From assembly GCF_006345805.1 (NCBI RefSeq), contig NC_043025.1:13330001-13394000 (forward strand): a stretch of DNA of 64,000 nt, given 5' to 3'. This stretch comes from Octopus sinensis. Its lineage: Eukaryota. Each line of letters begins with the position of its first letter. Within the stretch, counting starts at the first letter, position 1. The position numbers were made by a program, and so were the translations under genes. Positions 12,762 to 23,934 of the stretch are shown piece after piece. A model generated the notes under the pieces. The model saw nothing but the letters and a program-made list of their open reading frames with translations, ran no database searches and had not been told where the DNA came from.

Positions 12762-12989
12762 CCTGTCTATCTATCTATATGTCTGCCTGTCTATCTATCT
12801 ATCTGTCTGCCTGTCTATCAATCTATCTGTCTATCTATCTACCTGTCTATCTATCTACCTACCTATCTATCTACCTGTCTATCTGTCTACCTACCTATCT
12901 ATCTATCTGTCTACCTACCTACCTATCTATCTACTTACCTACCTACCTACCTATCTATCTGTCTACCTACCTACCTATCTATCTATCTG

Positions 12990-13026
<37 letters not shown>

Positions 13027-13085
13027 ATCTATCTATCTACCTACCTACCTATCTGTCTATCTATCTATCCATCTATCTATTCATA
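12680..13085. repeat. (CTAT)/(CTGT)/(CTAC) microsatellite
   Basis: Direct reading; a similar tract lies at 11650-11780. Confidence 0.95.
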
Positions 13086-13451
13086 TATATATGGTACTTA
13101 ATTTATCGTTGATGTTTTAAACTCATTGTTTAATTAAATCAAATTAGGAGTATCTTTACAGCTGTTTCTATTTATAGAAATGGGGTAAATTTGCATTAGC
13201 CTCGTTACAATTGATAAACATTTTCAAAACGATTATATGGGAAAAGAAGGTAAAGATGAAATAAGAAATAAAGGAAAAGAGTTCGTTAAAGCAAATTATG
13301 CAAATCATTAAAACTTCTCCATTCTGTATATCAATACCAAGATGCCTTTGATTTGAACCCCAATTCACTGACATCATATCGGGCAACTTGGCAGCCGTAC
13401 ACGTTATTCCCAGGCTCCTGTATACACTGTAGATCAGTATGGAAAGTATTG

Positions 13452-13844
13452 GGTGCAGGAGTGGCTATGTGGTAAGAAGCTTGCTTACCAACCATATGGT
13501 TCAGGGTTCAGTCCCACTTCGTGGCGCCTTGGGCAAGTGTCTTCTGCTATAGCCCCGGGCCGACCAAAGCCTTGTGAGTGGATTTGGTAGACGGAAACTG
13601 AAAGAAGCCTGTCGTATATATGTATATATATGTGTGTGTGTGTGTGTGTTTGTCCCCCCAACATTGCTTGACAACCGATGCTGGTGTGTTTACATCCCCG
13701 TCACTTAGCGGTTCGGCAAAAAGAGACCGATAGAATAAGTACTAGGCTTACAAAGAATAAGTCCTGGCGTCGATTTGCTCGACTAAAGGTGGTGCTCCAG
13801 CATGGCCACAGTCAAATGACTGAAACAAGTAAAAGAGTAAAAGA
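13452..13844 (+). mobile_element. SINE family A, full length
   Basis: Head to tail match. Confidence 0.9.
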
Positions 13845-14407
13845 GGTTGTCCGGAAAGTTCATGCCGATTTATAGTAGCTTACCTTTCGACTTATTTTAG
13901 AACATGGTTGAGTCCCTAAAATAGGATTTGACTCCACCCCCATTTAGAGCACAGTTTAAGCTATCTTTACGTGGAAGAAGGTTTATGTTCCTCTAACCTG
14001 TGTTAATTCTGTAACCCTTTAAAATGGAAGATAAGCAAGTTTATTTTCCGCACTTGATGCTTTGGGAACCAGACAAAAATTGGTGCAGCTCGACTGGGAT
14101 GTGTTACCCCAGCCTCCATATTCACCAGATATTACTCCTTCGGATTTCCACTTATTCAGGTCTCTGCAGAATAGTCTTAATGGTAAAAATTTCAATTCCT
14201 TGGATGACATAAAAAGATACCTTGATGAATTCTTTGCCATGAAACCCCCTCGATTCTGGGAAGAGGGTATTTTCAAGTTAAAGGAAAGATGGGGACGCAT
14301 TGTGCAACAAAATGGTTCATATTTGGTTGATTAAATATGTAATGGCAAGTATTTAATGACCTTTTTCTTTCCTTTAAAAATCGGTACGAACTTTCCGGAC
14401 AACCCAC
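13845..14407 (+). mobile_element. Internally deleted mariner transposon (non-autonomous)
   Basis: TIRs GGTTGTCCGGAAAGTTC / GAACTTTCCGGACAACC; N-terminus MEDKQVYFPHLML fused to C-terminus containing PPYSPDITPSDFHLF. Confidence 0.92.
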
Positions 14408-14520
14408 TATTATTATTATTATTATTATTATTGAGTGAGAGAGCAGTGCAGGCCATCAATCCCTCAAAAATGCTGCCCTTGGGGCAAAATTTAAAACCAT
14501 TATTATTATTATTATTATTA

Positions 14521-14745
14521 CTGGGTTGTCCAGAAAGTTTGTGCCGATTTACAGTAGCTTACCTTTCGACTTACCCTCCCAGACACCTCAATTCTGGGAG
14601 GAGGGTATTTTCAAGTTAAAGGAAAGATGGAGACGCACTGTGCAACAAAATGGTTCATATTTAGTTGATTAAAAATGTAATGTCAAGTATTTATTGACCT
14701 TTTTCTTTCCTTTAAAAATCGGCAAGAACTTTCCGGACAAGCCAA
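14521..14745 (+). mobile_element. Further-deleted mariner MITE of the same family
   Basis: TA|CTGGGTTGTCCAGAAAG ... CTTTCCGGACAAGCCAA|TA; retains only the transposase C-terminal tail. Confidence 0.9.
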
Positions 14746-15512
14746 TATTTTTATTATGACAATTGTTGCTAAGGTCAACAAAACAATTAGACACACACAA
14801 ATAATTTGTTTTTCATAATAAACGCAGGTTGTTTATATTTAAGTTCAACTTTTCTCATAACTGTAATTATTCTCCTCTATATTGTTGTTGTTGATGATGT
14901 TGTTGTATCTTCCTATGACTAATTTAGTTTTTTTTTGTCTTCTTCCAATTAAATTTGTCATTGGGTTTATTAGTCTTGTACTAGACGACATGTCGTCATC
15001 GTCATCGTTGTTGTCGTTGTGTATATTCTTGGTGGAAGAAAGTGGAGAAAGTCGTTTGTCATTCGTTAGTGTTTTAACGAATAAGAAAAACAAGGCTGCA
15101 AACAAAAATTAATGCACATATATGCATCTGCATGCAAACGCATAGACAAAACACATACGCACTATTCTTCTTTGAAGTTTTGGCAAGCTAAGCTATCGTT
15201 GGACCGGGCCTGTGTGTGTATGCATGTGTGTGTGTGTGTGTGTGTGTATACACATATATAGTCATACACACATTAATAGATATATATATATACCACATAT
15301 ATGTCGTGTGTATGTGTATTTGTCCCTCCACCGTTGCTTGACAACCAATATATATATATATATATATATCTATATATATATATGTGTGTGTATGTATATA
15401 TGTATGTATAATATATATATATATAGTATAGATATATGTATATATATATATATAATATATGTATGATATATATATATGTATTATATATATATATATGTAT
15501 GTGTATATATAT

Positions 15513-15561
<49 letters not shown>

Positions 15562-15630
15562 GATACAACACACAATATATACATATATATATGTATATAT
15601 ATATATATATATATTTTGAAATCGATTAAA

Positions 15631-15843
15631 AAAATCAATGGAAATTGTAGCTGCGATACCGTTGCCGGTGGCACGTAAAAAGCACCCACTACACTCACGG
15701 AGTGGTTCGTGTTAGGATGGGCAACCAGCTGTAAAAACACTGCCAGATCAAGATTGGAGCCTGGTGCAGCCTCCTAGATTCGCAGACCCCGGTCGAACCG
15801 TCCAATATGGAAAACGGACGTTAAATGATGATGATGATAATGA
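15631..15843 (+). mobile_element. RTE 3' UTR fragment
   Basis: Ends in GGACGTTAAATGATGATGAT. Confidence 0.8.
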
Positions 15844-16660
15844 TATGTGTATATATGTATATATATATAATTAAATAATGAGGGTAGAAATTGAAATTAA
15901 TCAATTAAAACCAGTGGCTTAAATTGTGTTAAATCCAAAATTAAGAGGAATGACCACCAAAGTGGATTCCTATCTATAGCATATTAGGAAACCACTTTGG
16001 TAATATATATAAATATATATATATGTAATTGCTGTGTGAATGTATAGTGAACTCAGAAATGTCATTTTCGCAAACATCTAGAATTTCAATAAAAAAATGT
16101 TGACCACATCCATATGGCTATTCTTTAAAGAATACAAAAGAATAAAAAAAAACAAGACCTGGAAATGCAATTATAATTTTTAGTGAAGAAAGTCAAAAAC
16201 TTTGTCAATTAAGAACCTTGACCACTACAAAAAATTCCCCACACAAATACAAAAACCACACCTCTTTACCTACCCCACGTTAACGAATACAAAGGAATAA
16301 AGAAATGGTGTGGAAATGCAATTATAATTTTTACTAAAGAAAGTCAAAAATAACATCTGGGTTTTTTTAATTAAAACTTTGACCAATTCAAATATAAAAC
16401 TTCTTTTTCCTTCCCCACCCTAAAAGGTCAATAAGTACTAAACAAACAAATCTGACCATACTAATACCAAAGCAACGCCTCTTTACCTACCCCTCCTTCT
16501 CAAAATATTTTTTCTTCTTGTTTTCTCCCTCACTTCCTTCCTTCCCAAACCCCACAATTTTTTTATATATTAAAAATGCCAAGAAGTCTAACTTTAAACC
16601 ACTTTTTGATAAATCCGATAACGGAAGAAAGCACAAAAAAGTGTAAATTAAATGTAAATA

Positions 16661-16827
16661 GGCTCAGGAGTGGCTGTGTGGTAAGTAGCTTGCTTACCAA
16701 CCACATGGTTCCGGGTTCAGTCCCACTGCGTGGCACCTTGGGCAAGTGTCTTCTACTATAGCCTCGGGCCGACCAATGCCTTGTGAGTGGATTTGGTAGA
16801 CGAAAACTGAAAGAAGCCCATCGTATG

Positions 16828-16870
<43 letters not shown>

Positions 16871-16892
16871 TTGTCCCCCTAGCATTGCTTGA
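16661..16892 (+). mobile_element. SINE family A, 3'-truncated
   Basis: Head and linker present. Confidence 0.85.
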
Positions 16893-16929
16893 TAAAATTG
16901 TTTATCAGTTGGACACATTAAATATAATT

Positions 16930-17330
16930 TTAATCAAATTCTCTAATTTGAAGACGGAGAAAGTCCATGTTGCTACTAATGTAACTCAGAATATACTACA
17001 CTTCTAAGAACGATATGAAGTTTGTTAGGGTCATGGTTTGTAAACGATTGCGGTTCAATTTTAATTTATTAGTCTTTTCTTATCAACTACTAAATCTTAG
17101 GCTAGAAGACAGTGTCTGCTTAGAATGGATAGACAGAGTGAGTTGACGGTTTATAGTTGGGTATGGTCATAAATATTGTCAGGATTTGAGGAAATGTATA
17201 AGTAACAGTCTATAAAGGAGGCTGGGTAGGGAAAGACTCTAAATCAAGATGTTAATTACCAGTTAAAGGGGCAAAATGCTAATAAAACCTATGATGTTAA
17301 TACAGAGGAAGTTATCATGGGGTACAATGG
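16930..17330 (-). mobile_element. Possible highly decayed CR1/L2 RT fragment
   Basis: Minus frame contains NKLKLNRNRLQTM, similar to the NxLxLNxxKT motif; many stops. Confidence 0.3.
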
Positions 17331-17429
17331 ATGAATGTGTATAAACAATACTGTTATGTTGTATGAAGATACAAATTTAAGATTACTAAAAATGATATTA
17401 TAACCGGAATACCTGTACTTAATTCTTTT

Positions 17430-17992
17430 TTTGCCCTTTTCAAGCCTAGCCAGGCTCAGGGGCCCAGTTTCCTGCTTTCTGTGGCGTATGTGTTCCCCCC
17501 ACCTGGACAGGACGCCAGTCCGTCGCAGGATTACTCATTTTGGCATTGTCATGCCTTTGGTTGTCAGAAGTGAAAGTAGTCAACTTTGTGTATTTCCGTC
17601 AGGTTTATACCTTCGTTAATTTACGCCGTTTATTTACGTACCACCATGCTGTTAGGTTTATAAAACAATTGAAGTTCAGTTTAAAGTTTATAAATAAATA
17701 CATTTCATGTGTAATGTATACACATGTGTATATATATATATAAACCTAACAGCATGGTGGTACGTAAATTAACGAAGGTATAAACCTGACGGAAATACAC
17801 GAAGTTGACTACTTTCACTTCTGACAGCTAAAGGCATGACAGTGTTACTCATTTTTGCCAGCTGAGTGGACTGGGGCAACGTGAAATGAAGTGTTTTGCT
17901 CAAGAACGCAACGCATCGCCCGGTCCAAGAATCGAAACCACAACCATACGATCCTGAGTTCAACACCCTAACCACTAAGCCACACGCCTCCA
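17430..17992 (-). mobile_element. tRNA-derived SINE (C-like head) split by a palindromic insert
   Basis: Head at ~17850-17992, tail at 17430-17542; TTACTCATTTT duplicated at 17531 and 17845. Confidence 0.75.
17544..17844. repeat. Fold-back (inverted repeat) insert, arms about 105-120 bp around a TA-rich spacer
   Basis: CATTGTCATGCC...GGTTTATA / TATAAACC...GGCATGACAGTG. Confidence 0.9.
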
Positions 17993-18669
17993 TGATACCT
18001 ATCTATACATATATAATATACATACATATATATGTAGATGTATATACGATATATATATGTGTGTGTGTGTGTTTATGTGTAAGAAAAAATGGGATTAAAT
18101 ATATATATATAGTCTCTGACATAGTTCAAGCTATCACTTCCTTGCCCCTCATTAGACGAATTTTTTTTCCCCCCTTCAAGACCAGAAAAAAACAAGATAC
18201 TTTCACACTTCCTCAGGTCGAACCAAGTTTACTCTGACTGACTCTTGAAGCTGTTTCACTCCACCGTTTGTGGTGGTCATAAGCCACAATCACTGTTTAT
18301 GCAAATACATCACAGATATTCTGTTTTCGTGTGTATTTGTGTACAATCACAGCTATTATGGTAGCCGGCATCCACACACACCTCGACATTTAAGTATAAT
18401 GCACTGTTGTCTCTCTCTCTCTCTTAACCGTCATCATCATCATCAGACATAGAAAACATACAGAATGCTTCGATGTATATCTATTACGTATTCTGTATGT
18501 ATAGAGACATGGCTATTATATACATGCAATGGAATCTATATACACACACATGCATGTGTCTGTTTGCAAAGAATTTGGTTAATTATCTCTGTCGTCAGCA
18601 AATGAATCACGTATAGATCTATTTTGTGTACACACACATGTAGATCTTTGTGTATGGACACACACACAA

Positions 18670-18701
<32 letters not shown>

Positions 18702-19004
18702 AATAATAATAAATATTAGGGAATGAATCCAAAATTACAGGGAAAAATCAGATTTAGGGTTAAATCCAATTTTATAGTAAAATATTATATAATATTTATA
18801 TTAAAATTTTATGTATTGATTAAGTCTTTCCTTGTTTGGTTTTAAAATAGTGGTTTTGTCTCGAATTATATTATATTATATTTATATATATATATATATA
18901 TATATCAATAATATAGGGTGAAATTAATTAATTTAGAAATAATCATTAATTTCACCAAGTAGAGTTCGGCATGTAAAAGACCCATTCAAGGAAGGTTTAA
19001 GTAA

Positions 19005-19095
19005 TACTAATTAATTAAGGGTTCAGCAACGATTTGCTTCACCACATTCGGTATGTGGTGAAGCAAATCTTGTCTGAACCCTTAATTAATTAGTA
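19005..19095. repeat. Near-perfect ~43-bp hairpin at the end of an AT-rich (TA)n-flanked element
   Basis: TACTAATTAATTAAGGGTTCAG...CTTCACCACAT TCGGT ATGTGGTGAAG...CTGAACCCTTAATTAATTAGTA. Confidence 0.85.
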
Positions 19096-19104
19096 TATAT
19101 ATAT

Positions 19105-19319
19105 TCTTTTACTCTTTTACTTGTTTCAGTCATTTGACTGCGGCCATGCTGGAGCACCGCCTTTAATCGAGCAACTCGACCCCAGGACTTATTGTTTTAT
19201 AAGCCCAGTACTTATTCTATCGGTCTCTTTTGCCGAACCGCTAAGTAACGGGGACATAAACACACCAGCATCGGTTGTCAAGCAATGCTAGGGGGACAAA
19301 CACAGACACACAAACACAT

Positions 19320-19356
<37 letters not shown>

Positions 19357-19475
19357 AATCCACTCGCAAGGCTTTGGTCGGCTTGAGGCTATAGTAGAAG
19401 ACACTTGCCCAAGGTGCCACGCAGTGGGACTGAACCCGGAACCATGTGGTTGGTAAACAAGCTACTCCTGCGCCT
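19105..19475 (-). mobile_element. SINE family A
   Basis: Reverse-complement match. Confidence 0.9.
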
Positions 19476-19544
19476 ATATATATATATACAAATAAATGAA
19501 AGAATGGAGTTGAACGACGAAATTACCAAAATTCCTCTATTTTA

Positions 19545-19627
19545 TTTTCGACATATGTTTCGAAGGCTGCATATTCCTAATTTCGAAGGAATAAGGGGTG
19601 CATTATGCCTCCTTCTCATCAGGAAAA
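19545..19627 (-). ncRNA. Type I hammerhead ribozyme, PLE-type
   Basis: UUUUC-CUGAUGA-GAAGG...CCUUC-GAAA-C-AUAU-G-UC|GAAAA; intact core and 5-bp stem I. Confidence 0.85.
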
Positions 19628-19732
19628 ACAAGGAACTTATGTCAGCATGAAGATGCACAAAAACTTTTAGATGACTGCCCACAGTTTTTGTAAAAGTTTT
19701 TGTGCATTTTGATGCCGACATAAGTTCCTTGC

Positions 19733-19815
19733 TTTTCCTGATGAGAAGGCGGCATAATGCACCCCTTATTCCTTCGAAATTAGGAATATGCAGCCTTCGA
19801 AACATATGTCGAGAA
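19733..19815 (+). ncRNA. Type I hammerhead ribozyme, PLE-type
   Basis: UUUUC-CUGAUGA-GAAGGC...GCCUUC-GAAA-C-AUAU-G-UC|GAGAA; predicted cleavage after 19810. Confidence 0.88.
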
Positions 19816-20045
19816 TAAAATAGAGGAATTTTGTTAAATCGTCGTTCAACTCCATTCTTTCATTTATTTGTATTTAAAAAAAAACACAAAATTTCCACAC
19901 GAAAGCACGTGATCTATCTGCCTTGGCATGTAGCTTCAACCGTGTTTTTCTGACGTGAATTTGCTACCCAGGTACCGGTTAATCCGAATTATCCATAATA
20001 AGATAATTCATTCAACTACTCAATTATATAATATATATATATATA

Positions 20046-20431
20046 CTAGCAGTATCGCCCGGCGTTGCTCGGGTTTGTAAGGGAATTAACTATAAAGCAT
20101 TTTTAGAGAGTTATAGCCAAAAAATGCATTAAAAATGGAAAAAATATGATGGTAAATTTTTTTTTAAATCGTTGACTCATCGTCGACATTTTTAGAGAGT
20201 TACTTCCCTTATATAATAGCGAAAAAATGCATTAAAATGAAATAAAATGATGGTAAATTTTTTTTTAAAACGTAGACCCATCGTAGACGCGCGCTAATAC
20301 CCAGAAAGGCTCGATATGAACCACGACTATAAGATACCCGGTTTTGGTTAAACTGCACCGCAAAATGTGGGAGTAGTTAGGAATCTAAATCGTAGGAGAC
20401 AGACACACAACTTCACTTTTATATATAAAGA
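20046..20431 (-). mobile_element. Non-autonomous Helitron
   Basis: Minus strand A|TCTTTATATATAAAA ... CCCG-AGCAACGC-CGGG hairpin ... CTAG|T; internal segment duplicated. Confidence 0.8.
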
Positions 20432-20552
20432 TATATATATATATACAGGTTGCGGTGAATATATATATACATATACTTCTTTACAGATATAGTGTGAAAT
20501 ATAATTAATTTAATAAAATCAACAAATTTCACCAAGTAGTATTTCGGTATGG

Positions 20553-20762
20553 ACCAGATACATTTCAAAAAAGTGTTTTTTTTTATATATGGCGGGGTTA
20601 GGGTTAGGGTTTGTCTTGGGGTTAGGGGTGGAAGAAAAGGGCTTCTGTTATCTTCAGAAATGTAAACAAACTATCCCGAAGTATCGCCATATACCCTAAC
20701 CTTAATCCTAACCCTAACCCCCATATAAAAATAAAAAAAACCTTTTTTGTAATGTATCTGGT
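20553..20762. mobile_element. Fold-back element with TTAGGG/CCCTAA repeats in its inverted arms
   Basis: ACCAGATACATTTCAAAAAAG...GGTTAGGGTTAGGG / CCTAACCCTAACCC...CTTTTTTGTAATGTATCTGGT. Confidence 0.7.
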
Positions 20763-21075
20763 ACTTCCAGAAGTACACCGATACTTGTACCGTAACATCG
20801 CCGGAAAAAAAAACCATATTTGGTAAAAAAAAATAAGGGTTTTTGCAACAAGTTGTTTGACCACATACCGAAAATTTATATGCACATAAATCTAGAAATG
20901 TTAGGAAAACCTACCTTCCATATTTCCAATCAAGCGAGACATCAGAACATCTAAAAGCTAATCAGGATAACCACGTGTGTAGAGGCGAATGAATATTTCC
21001 CGCCAGAATTTTTACCGCGTCAAAAAAGTAGAACTGCCGAAAAAAGATTCGTAGTTTTGTGGTAGGGGAGTGAAA

Positions 21076-21462
21076 TGTGGAAGCACTCCGTCGGTTACGA
21101 CGACGAGGGTTCCGGTTGATCCGAATCAACGGAACAGCCTGCTCGTGAAATTAACGTGTAAGTGGCTGAGCACTCCACAGACACGTGTACCCTTAACGTA
21201 GTTCTCGGGGATATTCAGCGTGACACAGAGAGTGACAAGGCCGGCCCTTTGAGATACAGGTACAACAGAAACAGGAAGTAAGAGTGAGAGAAAGTTGTGG
21301 TGAAAGAGTACAGCAGGGGTCACCACCATCCCCTGCCGGACCCTCGTGGAGCTTTTAGGTGTTTTCGCTCAATAAACACTCACAACGCCCGGTCTGGGAA
21401 TCGAAACCGCGATCCTATGACCGTGAGTCCGCTGCCCTAACCACTGGGCCATTGCGCCTCCA
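21076..21462 (-). mobile_element. tRNA-derived SINE, family D, full length
   Basis: Minus strand TGGAGGCGCAATGGCCCAGTGGTTAGG...GGTTTCGATTCCC; homologous head at 54482. Confidence 0.85.
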
Positions 21463-21577
21463 CTGGGAGTAAAATAATCATTGTAATTATAGGGTGAAAT
21501 ATAATTAATTTAATAAAATCAACAAATTTCACCTAGTGGTATTTCTATATGGAAAAATACCATATTCGGTAAAAACT

Positions 21578-21825
21578 TATATAATTATAACAATAAGGGG
21601 TTTTGCAACGAGTTGCTTTGACCACATACCGAAGATTTTAGAAATAGCAGCCAAAGGACTGCTATTTCATTTTTCTACAAAAATATGTGAGTTACAAATG
21701 TTGTTGTCTGTAGAGACATGTTTTTGTAGACAAAGGAAATAGTAGTCCTTTGGCTGCTATTTCTAAAATCATCGGTATGTGGTCAAGCAACTCGTTGCAA
21801 AAACCCTTATTATTATAATTATATA
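21578..21825. repeat. Inverted repeat, arms ~110 bp, ending at (TA)n
   Basis: Arms 21578-21688 and 21716-21825; left part homologous to 20485-20890. Confidence 0.9.
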
Positions 21826-21837
21826 CATACATATATG

Positions 21838-21892
<55 letters not shown>

Positions 21893-21951
21893 TGGTGGTG
21901 CCCCAGCGTGGTCACACAGCCTCAGGTACGAACCAAATAAAAGAATGTATA

Positions 21952-23934
21952 CAGGGTGCGGTGAATAAACTGTCGTCTAAATAACTCTGACATCTCATTT
22001 TAACAGAAATATTTACCAAAATTCCATAAAAATATCTTGAAATCCTAAAAGAGTAAATTTATTCAATAAAACCGCCATTGGCTTCGACCATGGCCGTCTC
22101 CAAGGCAACGGTTCGACTTGAGCCGAAACACCTGGTCGCTCTCTCTCTCTCTCGCGCGCACTTTAGTACGAATGCACTCACACACGTCCATCCATTGTCT
22201 TTGATGTCCAAGAATGGCTTGAAGAACCCAACGAAAACTCGAACTCAGACTCCTCGACCCCACACCCAGACACATACGCACACGCACGTACAGGGGCCGG
22301 AAAATAATCTGTCGTCTAAATAACTCTGACATCTCATTTTAACAGAAATATTTACCAAAATTCCATAAAAATATCTTGAAATCCTAAAAGAGTAAATTTA
22401 TTCAATAAAACCGCCATTGGCTTCGACCATGGTCGTCTCCAAGGCAACGGTTCGACTTGAGCCGAAACACCTGGTCGCTCTCTCTCGCGCGCACACTTTA
22501 GTACGAATGCACTCACACACGTCCATCCGTTGTCTTTGATGTCCAAGAATGGCTTCAAAAACCCAACAAAAACTCGACCCCAGACTCCTTGACCCCCACA
22601 CCCAGACACATACCCACACGCACGTACAGGGGCCGGAAAATAAACTGTCGTCTAAATAACTCTGACATCTCATTTTTACAGAAATATTTACCAAAATTCC
22701 ATAAAAATATCTTGAAATCCTAAAAGAGTAAATTTATTCAATAAAACCGCCATTGGCTTCGACCATGGTCGTCTCCAAGGCAACGGTTCGACTTGAGCCG
22801 AAACACCTGGTCGCTCTCTCTCGCGCGCACACTTTAGTACGAATGCACTCACACACGTCCATCCGTTGTCTTTGATGTCCAAGAATGGCTTCAAAAACCC
22901 AACAAAAACTCGACCCCAGACTCCTTGACCCCACACACCCAGACACATACCCACACGCACGTACAGGGGCCGGAAAATAAACTGTCGTCTAAATAACTCT
23001 GACATCTCATTTTAACAGAAATATTTACCAAAATTCCATAAAAATATCTTGAAATCCTAAAAGAGTAAATTTATTCAATAAAACCGCCATTGGCTTCGAC
23101 CATGGTCGTCTCCAAGGCAACGGTTCGACTTGAGCCGAAACACCTGGTCGCTCTCTCTCGCGCGCACACTTTAGTACGAATGCACTCACACACGTCCATC
23201 CGTTGTCTTTGATGTCCAAGAATGGCTTCAAAAACCCAACAAAAACTCGACCTCAGACTCGACCCCACACCCAGACACATACCCACACGCACGTACAGGG
23301 GCCGGAAAATAATCTGTCGTCTAAATAACTCTGACATCTCATTTTAACAGATATATTTACCAAAATTCCCTAAAAATATCTTGAAATCCTAAAAGAGTAA
23401 ATTTATTCAATAAAAAACCGCCATTGGCTCGACCATGGTCGTCTCCAAGGCAACGTTCGACTTGAGCCGAAACACCTGGTCGCTCTCTCTCGCGCGCACA
23501 CTTAGTAGACGAATGCACTCACCACGCCCTCCGTTGTCTTTGATGTCCAAGAATGGCTTCAAAAACAACCCAACAAAAACTCGACCTCAGACTCCTCGCC
23601 CCACACCCAGACACATACCACACGCACGTACAGGGGCCGGAAAATAATCTGTCGTCTAAATAACTCTGACATCTCATTTTAACAGATATATTTACCAAAA
23701 TTCCCTAAAAATATCTTGAAATCCTAAAAGAGTAAATTTATTCAATAAAACCGCCATTGGCTTCGACCATGGCCGTCTCCAAGGCAACGGTTCGACTTTA
23801 GTACGAATGCACTCACACGTTCATCCATTGTCTTTGATGTCCACGAATGGCTTGAAAAACCAAACATACACTCGACCACACACACTCAGACTCGACCACA
23901 CACACTCAGACTCGACCACACACTCACACCCATA
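21952..23934 (+). repeat. Six-unit ~335-bp satellite built from a maT transposon end
   Basis: Unit starts TA|CAGGG at 21952, 22291, 22627, 22964, 23296 and 23631; minus frame ends MVEANGGFIE*. Confidence 0.9.

Larger units (their letters stand above)
19486..19873. repeat. Inverted repeat (arms ~184 bp, spacer 19670-19690), one hammerhead per arm
   Basis: Arms are reverse complements with few mismatches; left arm abuts (TA)n. Confidence 0.95.

Noticed and set aside
17570-17600. GAAAGTAGTC as a hammerhead 3' half in the palindromic insert
   Set aside because: G-G mismatch at 15.2/16.2 and no CUGANGA upstream in either arm.
20535-20575. Minus-strand hammerhead-like GUAU...AUACC-GAAA
   Set aside because: The apparent 5' core lies in the arm of the TTAGGG fold-back insert, so the motif is a chimeric coincidence; no NUH with stem I.
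21952-23934. CRISPR-like or coding tandem array
   Set aside because: Units are whole ~335-bp repeats without unique spacers, the context is eukaryotic, and the origin is a transposon end.
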